This document shows, piece after piece, positions 45,461-53,746 of a stretch of DNA of 64,000 nucleotides (its first letter is position 1; each line of letters begins with the position of its first letter). The position numbers were made by a program, and so were the translations under genes. The notes beneath the pieces were generated by a model that saw only the letters and a program-made list of their open reading frames with translations, was not told where the DNA came from and did not search any database. The DNA comes from a virus (Duplodnaviria; Heunggongvirae; Uroviricota; Caudoviricetes), in the IMG/VR virus record IMGVR_UViG_3300030294_000003, one strand, 5' to 3'.

Positions 45461-45478
45461 TACTTTTGTATCATAATA
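45457..45478 (+). promoter_or_regulatory. promoter -7 variant P44 (TACTTTTG 45461-45468) fused to terminator hairpin
   Basis: Variant -7 box. Confidence 0.4.
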
Positions 45479-45512
45479 ATTTTAATTAAAAACATCTAAT
45501 AAACCAATAGTT

Positions 45513-45767
45513 ATGAAATACAACAAAACATCATTGAATAATGCTATTATAACAATGGCTGAAAATTTCAAACAAAAAGACAGTTTCGAAGCTCTAATTA
45601 AAGCATATCAAGGAACACCAAGAATTGTAGAAATGATAGTTTACCAAATATTCTTAAATAAATTTGATTCAAGGTCATGTTCTGACGAATTATATGATGC
45701 ATTTGATATAATATTGAATTATGCAAGAGAATTAGAAAAAAATGGGTTTGTTGAATTTAAAGATTAA
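45513..45767 (+). CDS. hypothetical protein
   Basis: 84-aa ORF. Confidence 0.5.
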   Translation: MKYNKTSLNNAIITMAENFKQKDSFEALIKAYQGTPRIVEMIVYQIFLNKFDSRSCSDELYDAFDIILNYARELEKNGFVEFKD

Positions 45768-45773
45768 ATAAAT

Positions 45774-46370
45774 ATGATTGAAGCAAATATTACAAGCTAT
45801 ATTGGACAGGATAACGATGCAGTGCATTATTATTGCCACTATGATGAGGAAAATTATGAGATTCCAAAAAAATATGGATCGGTTGGTTATGGGTGTGATG
45901 AACTATTTAGAACGATTACAGATACTATTGAAGTAATACGTTTGAATAATAAAGATAGGGCACATGGAATACGTTTAGGTGGGAAAACAAATAGATTCAA
46001 TACGTTCGAAGAAATCCATAATGAATTATTAAAAAAGTTCCCTAATGAAAATATAGTTACATATCAAGATAATCAACCATTTAGGGAAATGTTATGTTTT
46101 ATTGATGGGCATGATCTTGGTTATAAGGGATTGGGTGAATTGTGGTTAAATGTTCCTCACACTTGTTGGAGAGATTTATTACCAAACGAAGGTGAAATAA
46201 TAGTTAAATGTGAACATTGTGGAACTGTTCACACATTTGAAGAAATAGTTATGGATGAATATTATCATGAAATAGAAAAAAGAACGTTAATTAAATTCGC
46301 CACTCGTGGTTATGAGATGAATGATAGATGTTGTAAATTTCCTGATTTAGTTTGGAACGTAATACTATAA
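45774..46370 (+). CDS. hypothetical protein with CxHCG zinc-ribbon
   Basis: 198-aa ORF. Confidence 0.55.
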   Translation: MIEANITSYIGQDNDAVHYYCHYDEENYEIPKKYGSVGYGCDELFRTITDTIEVIRLNNKDRAHGIRLGGKTNRFNTFEEIHNELLKKFPNENIVTYQDNQPFREMLCFIDGHDLGYKGLGELWLNVPHTCWRDLLPNEGEIIVKCEHCGTVHTFEEIVMDEYYHEIEKRTLIKFATRGYEMNDRCCKFPDLVWNVIL

Positions 46371-46379
46371 TATCCTATA

Positions 46380-46709
46380 ATGAGCCAAGAAGAATATGAA
46401 AAATTATTAGATCACTCAACTACTTACCGTACAAGTGAAAGGTGCTTTGAAATTCAGGGTGGTATTGATTGTTTTTTAATTAATTTTGTTAGATCAATTA
46501 TAAATAGAAATTTTACTTCAAGCGATCAAAACCGTTATCGTGTGAATGTTTTTAAATCACCCGATGTTTTAGATAAACGAAATGCATCACCATATTACGA
46601 AAAAGGTGAATATGTGGGTTATAAATGGTTTTCGGAATTTTTAAATGTTTCATCGAACATGTGTTTATATGTTGAAATACACAAGGATTTAATTAAAAAA
46701 GTTTTATAA
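46380..46709 (+). CDS. hypothetical protein
   Basis: 109-aa ORF. Confidence 0.5.
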   Translation: MSQEEYEKLLDHSTTYRTSERCFEIQGGIDCFLINFVRSIINRNFTSSDQNRYRVNVFKSPDVLDKRNASPYYEKGEYVGYKWFSEFLNVSSNMCLYVEIHKDLIKKVL

Positions 46710-46940
46710 GCTATGAAAAACAACGAACATTTTTTAGGTGAAGAAATATGGTTAACTTGGGTAGGTAATTGTGTTTCAAATATTCAGGAAAACCATTTAA
46801 AAGTGGTTCAAAAATAGAAAAAGTTGTTAATATGATGATTAACCCATTATCTAATAAAATCGCTTTTAAAATGGAAGATGGTACATTTGTTGACTGTTTT
46901 CGTTGTTACATAACTAATTATAAAAAAAAATAAATATATT

Positions 46941-47129
46941 ATGAGACACCATTTAAATATTATTGCTTCGAATTATAAATTTGATAAAGAAAAATTTACA
47001 GAATTCGCATTGAAACCACAGAATTATAATAAATATGGAATTATTAATGAAAATGGGTTTGTCACTACCAGTACGTTTTTTACCGATGCGTTAGTATTTG
47101 CGTTTAAAAAAGAATATGAACTGAAATAA
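46941..47129 (+). CDS. hypothetical protein
   Basis: 62-aa ORF. Confidence 0.4.
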   Translation: MRHHLNIIASNYKFDKEKFTEFALKPQNYNKYGIINENGFVTTSTFFTDALVFAFKKEYELK

Positions 47130-47149
47130 ATAAATAATAAAAACAAGTT

Positions 47150-47416
47150 ATGGACTACATACATAAAACTTCAACCATCGGTTTCTTGGGAAGCTCTTAC
47201 AATTCTAAATGCAAAGGTATTCTTGAAGATGGGGCTATTGAAATTGAACAACCTAAAGAATGGTGTAAAAATCTTGTATGCGTTGTTGATAATGGAGAAT
47301 TTGGTGCTTCGGCATTTGTTCGTGATGAATCTGATTTTGGAAGATGTACAAATCCAAACGACATTAGACCAACAAGATGGTTTATCTGGAATAAAGTAGA
47401 ATCATATATTGACTAA
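47150..47416 (+). CDS. hypothetical protein
   Basis: 88-aa ORF. Confidence 0.5.
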   Translation: MDYIHKTSTIGFLGSSYNSKCKGILEDGAIEIEQPKEWCKNLVCVVDNGEFGASAFVRDESDFGRCTNPNDIRPTRWFIWNKVESYID

Positions 47417-47434
47417 AATAACAATTAAAATATT

Positions 47435-47731
47435 ATGAAAGATAATAAAATATTAGAATTAATAGACAGTTATTGGAAATTTGATGATGATCAATACCCA
47501 GCCTCATCGTATCACGATAAACAAGATTTATTGTTAGCAATTGAAGATGAACTATATGCTCAATTAGCAGCTGTTCGTAATAAAATGAGTCCAATCAAAA
47601 ATTTAATTGCTTTGGTGGAAAATTTTAATGTTAACTTAATAGCGGAAGAAACAAACGTAAGTAAACTTTTCAAAGTTGAAATAGTTAAATCGAAAAATGT
47701 AATTAAACAAATTTGTCAAACAGAAGATTAA
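47435..47731 (+). CDS. hypothetical protein
   Basis: 98-aa ORF. Confidence 0.5.
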   Translation: MKDNKILELIDSYWKFDDDQYPASSYHDKQDLLLAIEDELYAQLAAVRNKMSPIKNLIALVENFNVNLIAEETNVSKLFKVEIVKSKNVIKQICQTED

Positions 47732-47748
47732 ATTAAATAAGATATATT

Positions 47749-48024
47749 ATGGGAATGGATGAAAAATTAGCATATGACTGTAATGATTATATTAAACGGG
47801 CAGTTAGATCGACAATATCGACAATGGTACAACCAAAAATTATAAGCACAAAAAAAGATTTACTTCTTAAAAAGAAAAAATATCTTGAGTATATGCTCGA
47901 ATACTATACTAAGGAACGTGACAAAAAAGATGTAAGTAGTCTTATCACATTACCATTTACACTTGCCGTAAACACGACAAAAGATTCACTTGATTTGGTT
48001 GATATAATGTTAATAGATTTATAA
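47749..48024 (+). CDS. hypothetical protein
   Basis: 91-aa ORF. Confidence 0.5.
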   Translation: MGMDEKLAYDCNDYIKRAVRSTISTMVQPKIISTKKDLLLKKKKYLEYMLEYYTKERDKKDVSSLITLPFTLAVNTTKDSLDLVDIMLIDL

Positions 48025-48043
48025 ATAAAAATAACAACACACA

Positions 48044-48277
48044 TTGGAAAATAAAGAATTACTTAGTGAGATTTTGGATTCAATGAAAGAATTTAAAATA
48101 ATTGCTTATGGTGAGGATGAACATATTGCAAATAAAATCATGGCTGTAATTAAATCATCATTACTCACTAAAATAAATACGCTTATAGTTAGTAGTACCG
48201 ATATTTGTGATTATGATGCTGGATATATTATGGCACTAGAGGGTGTTTCAAACCTCATTGATGACGAATTATCTTAA
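48044..48277 (+). CDS. hypothetical protein
   Basis: 77-aa ORF. The track start is a TTG; the alternative is an internal ATG ~36 nt downstream. Confidence 0.4.
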   Translation: MENKELLSEILDSMKEFKIIAYGEDEHIANKIMAVIKSSLLTKINTLIVSSTDICDYDAGYIMALEGVSNLIDDELS

Positions 48278-48423
48278 AAAAGCTTAATTAATTTGTATAT
48301 TTGAATTATTTATTATATTTTTACAGTCCAATTAATAGATAACCAACACAAAATTGTCTTTATTCCAAAATAATACATAAACAATATAAAAATAACCCCT
48401 TAAATTTGTTTTAATCAATGAAA

Positions 48424-48445
48424 TACCTTACATTTGCAAACTGTT
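48424..48445 (+). promoter_or_regulatory. class-2-like promoter (cttACATTTGcaaa; -7 48429-48436)
   Basis: TACATTTG core lying ~90 nt upstream of the GHKL ATPase start. Confidence 0.3.
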
Positions 48446-48525
48446 TTTTTTAATAACAATCGGTAGGTGATTACAACCATTAAAAACAAAATGGATTTTT
48501 CGCCTATCAAAAAATTTAACTTGAT

Positions 48526-50109
48526 ATGAAAAATTTAAATGTGAAACAAGACTTGAAAGAATTGGTTACGCAAATTGACGTAACTCCAAATGTGAATTTT
48601 TTAACAACATTAAGAAATTCTGGTTATAATAATTATACGGCTATTGCTGATATAATTGATAACTCGTTAGATACAGATGTAAACTCTAAAAACGTTAAGG
48701 TTCAAATTAAGAGAACTAAAGATGATTACGAGTTTATTAAAATTTGTGATGATGGGTGTGGTATGAATATTGAAACTCTTAATGAGGCCTTTAAGCTTGG
48801 TGCGTTAATGGGTAAAAATAAAGAATTTGATCTTGGTTCGTATGGGACTGGGTTAAAGGCAGCGGCTCTATCATTGGGTCGTAAATTTGTTGTTAAAACT
48901 AAAGCGTCAGATGACGATTTTTATATCGCTACATATGATTTGGATGTTATGATAATGACAAATACATTTGAAATTCCTGTTACAATAGGTAGTTGGGAAG
49001 AATATAGTGAATTTAAACGTGAGACTGGAAGTGATATAGGTACAGTTGTGATAGTATCTAAATTAGATAGAATAACAAATGCTAATATTACTGTATTCAA
49101 GGACATATTAAAAGGTAAACTTGGATTGTTTTATAAGTACTTTATTGATGAATTAAATATTAATTTATTTGTTAATAATGAATATATAAAAAGTGTTGAT
49201 CCAATGCTTAGAAATGAACCATATACTACATGTCTAACATCGAATGAAAAATTTGAGTATAATGAGTCTGAATTTAGATTCAGCGTATTTAATATTGAGT
49301 TCGTTAGCCAATCACTTTCAAATGAAGTAAACCGAAGTTCAGCTTATTCTGGGTTGTATGTTTATAGAAACAATCGTTTAGTTGGGAGTAGCTTGGATTT
49401 AGGTATTGTTGGTAAGGTTGGTGATGGTCACTTAAATGGTCTTAGAATTGAACTATTTTGTAGTGGTGATAGTGATAACTTATTTGGCTCAACCTTTAAT
49501 AAGATTATACACGAAAAAGATAAAAATGAAATCGATCAAGGGTTCAGAGATGTATGTAAAGGTAAACTTCGTGGTTATATTAAGACAGTAAAAAACAACG
49601 AAGATTCTAAAACAACCAACGAAAAGATTAGCGATGATGTTAAAAGTGAAATGGCTGAAATAGTCAAATCAATTAACCAAAATCCATTTATTGGAATAAA
49701 AAAGGAACGTGGGAAAAATGAGCAACATAAAGATATTATTCCAGCAACAACAGAAAAAGAAAAGAAGGAACCAGTTGACGATAGGATAAAAAACAAACTT
49801 GCTCCTCGAAAAAGAGAAGATAAATTTGCTGATTATCGGTTTACTAAGCTTGGTGAAAATGGGTTAATCTTTAAATCGGTTAAGGAACACGGACTATATA
49901 TTATAGAGATAAATCAAGAGCATCCATTTTGGATTAGATTTTTAAATAATGCAACTCTCCAAACGAAAGATGTAATTATTAAAATGTTATTTTCGTTAGG
50001 TGTATCTTTAGAAGAAACCGAATATTATAATAACCCTGAAAAGGAAGACTTATTGAATGAGTATTTTATTAAAGTAAGTGAACGACTAAGGAAGTTTATT
50101 ATATATTAA
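48526..50109 (+). CDS. GHKL-superfamily ATPase, MORC-like (HATPase_c_3-type)
   Basis: 527 aa with a Bergerat fold: N-box IADIIDNSLDT, G1 box DDGCGMN, and G2 box GSYGTGLKAAALSLG. The G-x-x-G-x-G-x-K-x6-G pattern is the MORC/paraMORC variant. A Lys-rich linker and a C-terminal domain follow. The gene has its own upstream promoter-like TACATTTG and a downstream intrinsic terminator. Confidence 0.7.
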   Translation: MKNLNVKQDLKELVTQIDVTPNVNFLTTLRNSGYNNYTAIADIIDNSLDTDVNSKNVKVQIKRTKDDYEFIKICDDGCGMNIETLNEAFKLGALMGKNKEFDLGSYGTGLKAAALSLGRKFVVKTKASDDDFYIATYDLDVMIMTNTFEIPVTIGSWEEYSEFKRETGSDIGTVVIVSKLDRITNANITVFKDILKGKLGLFYKYFIDELNINLFVNNEYIKSVDPMLRNEPYTTCLTSNEKFEYNESEFRFSVFNIEFVSQSLSNEVNRSSAYSGLYVYRNNRLVGSSLDLGIVGKVGDGHLNGLRIELFCSGDSDNLFGSTFNKIIHEKDKNEIDQGFRDVCKGKLRGYIKTVKNNEDSKTTNEKISDDVKSEMAEIVKSINQNPFIGIKKERGKNEQHKDIIPATTEKEKKEPVDDRIKNKLAPRKREDKFADYRFTKLGENGLIFKSVKEHGLYIIEINQEHPFWIRFLNNATLQTKDVIIKMLFSLGVSLEETEYYNNPEKEDLLNEYFIKVSERLRKFIIY

Positions 50110-50143
50110 TTAGATTAATGTAGTTTTTCAATTATTACTAATA

Positions 50144-50178
50144 AAAAAACCCATAAGCTAAATACTTGTGGGTTTTTT
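50144..50178 (+). terminator. intrinsic terminator after GHKL ATPase gene
   Basis: AAAAAAACCCATAAG-ctaaata-CTTGTGGGTTTTTT. Confidence 0.65.
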
Positions 50179-50216
50179 ATTAAAATTTGTTAACCAACTT
50201 GTTTATTACTATTTTT

Positions 50217-50240
50217 ATTAGTACATTTGTATCGAATTAA
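50217..50240 (+). promoter_or_regulatory. class-2 promoter (aGTACATTTGTATCGAATTaaaaac; -7 50222-50229)
   Basis: Shares an 18-nt identity with the copy at 53646. Confidence 0.5.
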
Positions 50241-50263
50241 AAACAAACTTAAAACTAAATTAT

Positions 50264-50665
50264 ATGGAACAACAATTAATTGATAAAATAAATAAATTAT
50301 GCCCAGAAAATCAGGGTATTTTTATTGAACCATTCGGTTGCGATGGAATAAATGAACCATTAATTTATATTCGGTGGGTTACTGGTGGGATTGGCGGTGG
50401 AGGCTATCACGAAGACGATTATCAACGACGATATGATGGCAACGGTAAACCACAATTTGAAGTATTAAATTTGGTTTTAAAAGAACTGAAACAAAATATA
50501 ACGTTCTCACAATTTAAAGAAATTGAAGAATTAATCATATCAACAGAGAAAGATGAATTTCCTGACTACTATGGTAACTTCGAAGAGTATGGAATTGAAT
50601 ATATTAAATTAAGCCAATTAGAAGCACAAATTAATTATTTTAAAACAATTGAAAATTATGACTGA
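50264..50665 (+). CDS. hypothetical protein
   Basis: 133-aa ORF with a class-2 promoter at 50222. Confidence 0.55.
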   Translation: MEQQLIDKINKLCPENQGIFIEPFGCDGINEPLIYIRWVTGGIGGGGYHEDDYQRRYDGNGKPQFEVLNLVLKELKQNITFSQFKEIEELIISTEKDEFPDYYGNFEEYGIEYIKLSQLEAQINYFKTIENYD

Positions 50666-51482
50666 AGTTGAAAAAATACATAATGAAATTGATACAGCCC
50701 AAGATCGTTTACTCAATCAGGCTATGTTATTAATTTCAATGAATGATGTTTCTCAAGAACTTAAAAGCAAAGCTGATAGACTTCTAAAAATTGGGTTTAC
50801 AAGTAACCCATTGATTAAAGATGTTTTGAATAAAACAAATAGTTTGGTAAAAACAACCGAACAAGCAAATACTATTTCTCATTATAAAACCGAGTACCCA
50901 GGATTAAAGTTTTTAACCGAAACAGAATTTGATAGGATTTGTGATAAATACAAATTGATTTATGCACCTGTAGCTAATTATATTAAAGATATACCTGAGG
51001 TTAATTTGAAAGAAATTGAAACAGTAATAGAGTTGAACCCAAGCGACTATTTTGTTAATGTAATACAAATAAAGGTTCGTATAGACAATGAATGTATATC
51101 CTATTTAACAGATGAGGAGAAAGAGTTAATATATGTTAAAGGGTTTTATATTAATAATAAAGATTTAATTGGTTCTGGTTCTGGGATGTATGGTTATAGT
51201 CCAGATATAATTGTTTCTAAATTATTGGGTAGATCAATATTGTTTCAATTTAGTACTATTCACTGTGATATTATAGCTAGGGTAGAAAAGTCTGGTTTAT
51301 TTATAGCTGCACCAAAGTCACATTTCAATTTGAATGGATTGGAAAAACAAGGAAAAGGATTTTTTAAAATCTTTAAAATAGAGCCAAAAGACCCGATTGT
51401 TTTTCGATATGTTAATGGTGGAATTCAAGTTATTACCAAATGGGGAAATGAAGCTAATGATCCGAATTTAATAATATTTTAA
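50649..51482 (+). CDS. hypothetical protein
   Basis: 277-aa ORF with a 17-nt overlap. Confidence 0.55.
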   Translation: MKIMTEVEKIHNEIDTAQDRLLNQAMLLISMNDVSQELKSKADRLLKIGFTSNPLIKDVLNKTNSLVKTTEQANTISHYKTEYPGLKFLTETEFDRICDKYKLIYAPVANYIKDIPEVNLKEIETVIELNPSDYFVNVIQIKVRIDNECISYLTDEEKELIYVKGFYINNKDLIGSGSGMYGYSPDIIVSKLLGRSILFQFSTIHCDIIARVEKSGLFIAAPKSHFNLNGLEKQGKGFFKIFKIEPKDPIVFRYVNGGIQVITKWGNEANDPNLIIF

Positions 51483-51508
51483 ACAATTGAAAACATAATA
51501 TTAATAAT

Positions 51509-51832
51509 ATGAAAATACTAAGAATCTCAATTAGTTTAAATAAGGCTGGATTTACAACGGATATAGTGGAATATGATGCTTCAGAAAAAAAGCTAATATA
51601 TGTACTCACCAGATGTTCAGTTGATGGTGATACTGTAATTAGAAAAATACCCAAAGGTGAATTGACTGTTTTAAGATCACATATGCATCACACAACTAAT
51701 TTCATAGAGTACAATACCTATGCATTTCCAGAAGATGTTGATACAACCAAAGATAGATTAACAAAAGCAATTGTGGAAGTAGCTAAAAATTTTGAACAAG
51801 ATCTAAACCAGTTACTTAAACACATTAAATAA
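51509..51832 (+). CDS. hypothetical protein
   Basis: 107-aa ORF. Confidence 0.5.
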   Translation: MKILRISISLNKAGFTTDIVEYDASEKKLIYVLTRCSVDGDTVIRKIPKGELTVLRSHMHHTTNFIEYNTYAFPEDVDTTKDRLTKAIVEVAKNFEQDLNQLLKHIK

Positions 51833-51843
51833 AAACCAATATA

Positions 51844-52044
51844 ATGAAAAAATTTATCACTAACACTTTTATACCGTATTTTATTTTTTTTATTGTGTGT
51901 CTATTAATTGTTCATTTTGGTGTTGGTGAAGTACTTAATATAAAATCGGAAATTTTTGTTGCAACGATTATCGCAATGTTTTTAAACATACTCTTCGATA
52001 TTTCTGAATCAATTGATAATATAAATAAAAAATTAACTAAATAA
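51844..52044 (+). CDS. small membrane protein
   Basis: 66 aa with two TM helices. Confidence 0.45.
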   Translation: MKKFITNTFIPYFIFFIVCLLIVHFGVGEVLNIKSEIFVATIIAMFLNILFDISESIDNINKKLTK

Positions 52045-52055
52045 ATCTATAAAAT

Positions 52056-52472
52056 ATGGCTTGGCAGTTCTACGCAATTATATTCGTTACGTTTTTGGGT
52101 ATATCACATTTAGTTATTAATTTGGGTATTAATAAAATCAATCAACTAAAAACCTACTTTATTAAACATAAAATTCCGCTAATATTTGATGAAATATGGG
52201 TGAAAGATGACCTACTTAAAATTAAATATATTAATATCTCGGATCAAAAAATAGTCGGATTTAATATGATTATTGAAATAGAAAAAAAAGATGGCGAAAA
52301 GGAATTAATCGATTACTATGTTGATAAACTAGAATCACCAATAAAAATGTTTATTAATAAGACATTTACATTATACGTTCCTATAAGTGAAAATGAAAAA
52401 ATAATAAACACTTATACTACTAAGGTACTGTTTTTAGATGGTAGTTTTTGGAAACTTAAAAAAATAAAATAA
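52056..52472 (+). CDS. membrane-anchored protein
   Basis: 138 aa with an N-terminal TM helix. Confidence 0.5.
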   Translation: MAWQFYAIIFVTFLGISHLVINLGINKINQLKTYFIKHKIPLIFDEIWVKDDLLKIKYINISDQKIVGFNMIIEIEKKDGEKELIDYYVDKLESPIKMFINKTFTLYVPISENEKIINTYTTKVLFLDGSFWKLKKIK

Positions 52473-52473
52473 T

Positions 52474-52698
52474 ATGAAAGAAAATAACGAAATTGAAATT
52501 GTTAAGGCTTTGGGTGAAACAATTGGCTATGGACATATGATGGTATTGGCATCTGCATTGTGGAGAGAGAGTTTAAAAGAGAAAAACTACCCAACATCTG
52601 GTGCATTTATTGGTGTCTGTATGTCTTCGGTGTATAAAAAATATCGAAATGAAATTGAAAATGAAAATAAATTTTACGATAAATATATAACAAAATAA
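52474..52698 (+). CDS. hypothetical protein
   Basis: 74-aa ORF. Confidence 0.45.
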   Translation: MKENNEIEIVKALGETIGYGHMMVLASALWRESLKEKNYPTSGAFIGVCMSSVYKKYRNEIENENKFYDKYITK

Positions 52699-52704
52699 AC
52701 TTAT

Positions 52705-53262
52705 ATGGAATTAAATGAGTTTGGTAGTAAAATCAAGGGTCTTATGGGCTTAAAAGAAAATAAACAAGTAAATGGTTTTGGTTGTGTGATGTTGTATGTC
52801 TACTTTCCAGAATTTAAAGAGTTACAATCTAAAATTGATGAGAAGGATTTATATAATGATGATACAAAGTCATATGGTTTTGAAAAATCGGAACATATTA
52901 CCCTTTTATATGGTCTCCACGAAGAAGTTAAAGATCAACAAGTTAAAGATATTATGAGTAAATTTGATTTTGAAGATGTAGAAATTAAAAATGTTTCTTT
53001 ATTTAAAAATGAAACATTCGAAGTACTAAAATTTGAAGTTTATAAAGAAAAGTATTTATCTAAATGTAATAAGGAACTTTCAAAATTACCTAATACAAAC
53101 GAATATAAAATATTTAATCCTCATTTAACACTGGCGTATTTAAAATTAGGTGAAGGTGATAAATATATTGAAATGTTTAAAGACCTGAAATATGAATTAC
53201 AACCAACAAAAATAGTATATTCAAAAATAGATGGTTCGGAATTAAAAATAAAAATTGATTAA
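52705..53262 (+). CDS. 2H phosphoesterase (LigT/ThpR-like 2',3'-cyclic phosphodiesterase / 2'-5' RNA ligase family)
   Basis: 185 aa with two H-x-T-x motifs in the typical context and spacing (EHITLLYGL and PHLTLAYLK). Confidence 0.65.
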   Translation: MELNEFGSKIKGLMGLKENKQVNGFGCVMLYVYFPEFKELQSKIDEKDLYNDDTKSYGFEKSEHITLLYGLHEEVKDQQVKDIMSKFDFEDVEIKNVSLFKNETFEVLKFEVYKEKYLSKCNKELSKLPNTNEYKIFNPHLTLAYLKLGEGDKYIEMFKDLKYELQPTKIVYSKIDGSELKIKID

Positions 53263-53264
53263 TC

Positions 53265-53456
53265 ATGACAAATAAAGAATTTTACACCCATACTGGTTTT
53301 AACTTTGATGATGTAATTGAAATGTTGAAAAGTGACTCAGTATATACTGTTTTACGTTATGGTTATAAAAACCCATCAGATAGTGGTGCTGATGAATGTG
53401 ATGATTGTAAAAACATTTCACTATATGGTATTTCTCAATTATTACGTTCTATGTGA
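53265..53456 (+). CDS. hypothetical protein
   Basis: 63-aa ORF. Confidence 0.4.
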   Translation: MTNKEFYTHTGFNFDDVIEMLKSDSVYTVLRYGYKNPSDSGADECDDCKNISLYGISQLLRSM

Positions 53457-53586
53457 ACTAAACCACCACCAAGCCGACAGGCTGAAGGAAGGGTATGTTT
53501 TGCTTGGATATTAAAAAATACTAATATATTATGTGGTTAATTTGTATAATTATTGCTTTTTATTTTTACTTGGAAAATGAAGAGCC

Positions 53587-53616
53587 TAACATATATTAAA
53601 TATTTAATATATGTTA
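53587..53616. promoter_or_regulatory. 30-bp perfect palindrome (candidate operator) upstream of the 710-aa gene
   Basis: TAACATATATTAAAT|ATTTAATATATGTTA is its own reverse complement. A third half-site, CACATATATTAAT, lies at 53631-53643 immediately before the class-2 -7 box. Confidence 0.5.
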
Positions 53617-53640
53617 AAGAAATTGTTAATCACATATATT

Positions 53641-53662
53641 AATCGTACATTTGTATCGAATT
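53641..53662 (+). promoter_or_regulatory. class-2 promoter (cGTACATTTGTATCGAATTttaaaac; -7 53646-53653)
   Basis: Same 18-mer as the copy at 50222. Confidence 0.5.
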
Positions 53663-53746
53663 TTAAAACAGTTATAAATAAAATTAAACAAGTCCAATTA
53701 CGAATAAAGTAGTGTTGGAAAGAAAAAAAACAAAAAATTAAAAAAA

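Noticed and set aside
18122-48046. Non-ATG (GTG/TTG) starts used by the ORF track at 18122, 21468, 27629 and 42300.
   Set aside because: These starts fall inside promoter -7 boxes or spacers. In-frame ATGs a few codons downstream, with proper spacing to the promoter, are preferred. The TTG start at 48044 is retained only as uncertain.
48526-50109. Reading the GHKL ATPase as a GyrB/T4 gp39-type topoisomerase II ATPase subunit.
   Set aside because: The G2 box has the MORC-type GxxGxGxK pattern, not GGLHGVG. No QTK-loop-like transducer motif or adjacent topoisomerase subunits were seen. It is kept as MORC-like but flagged for profile confirmation.
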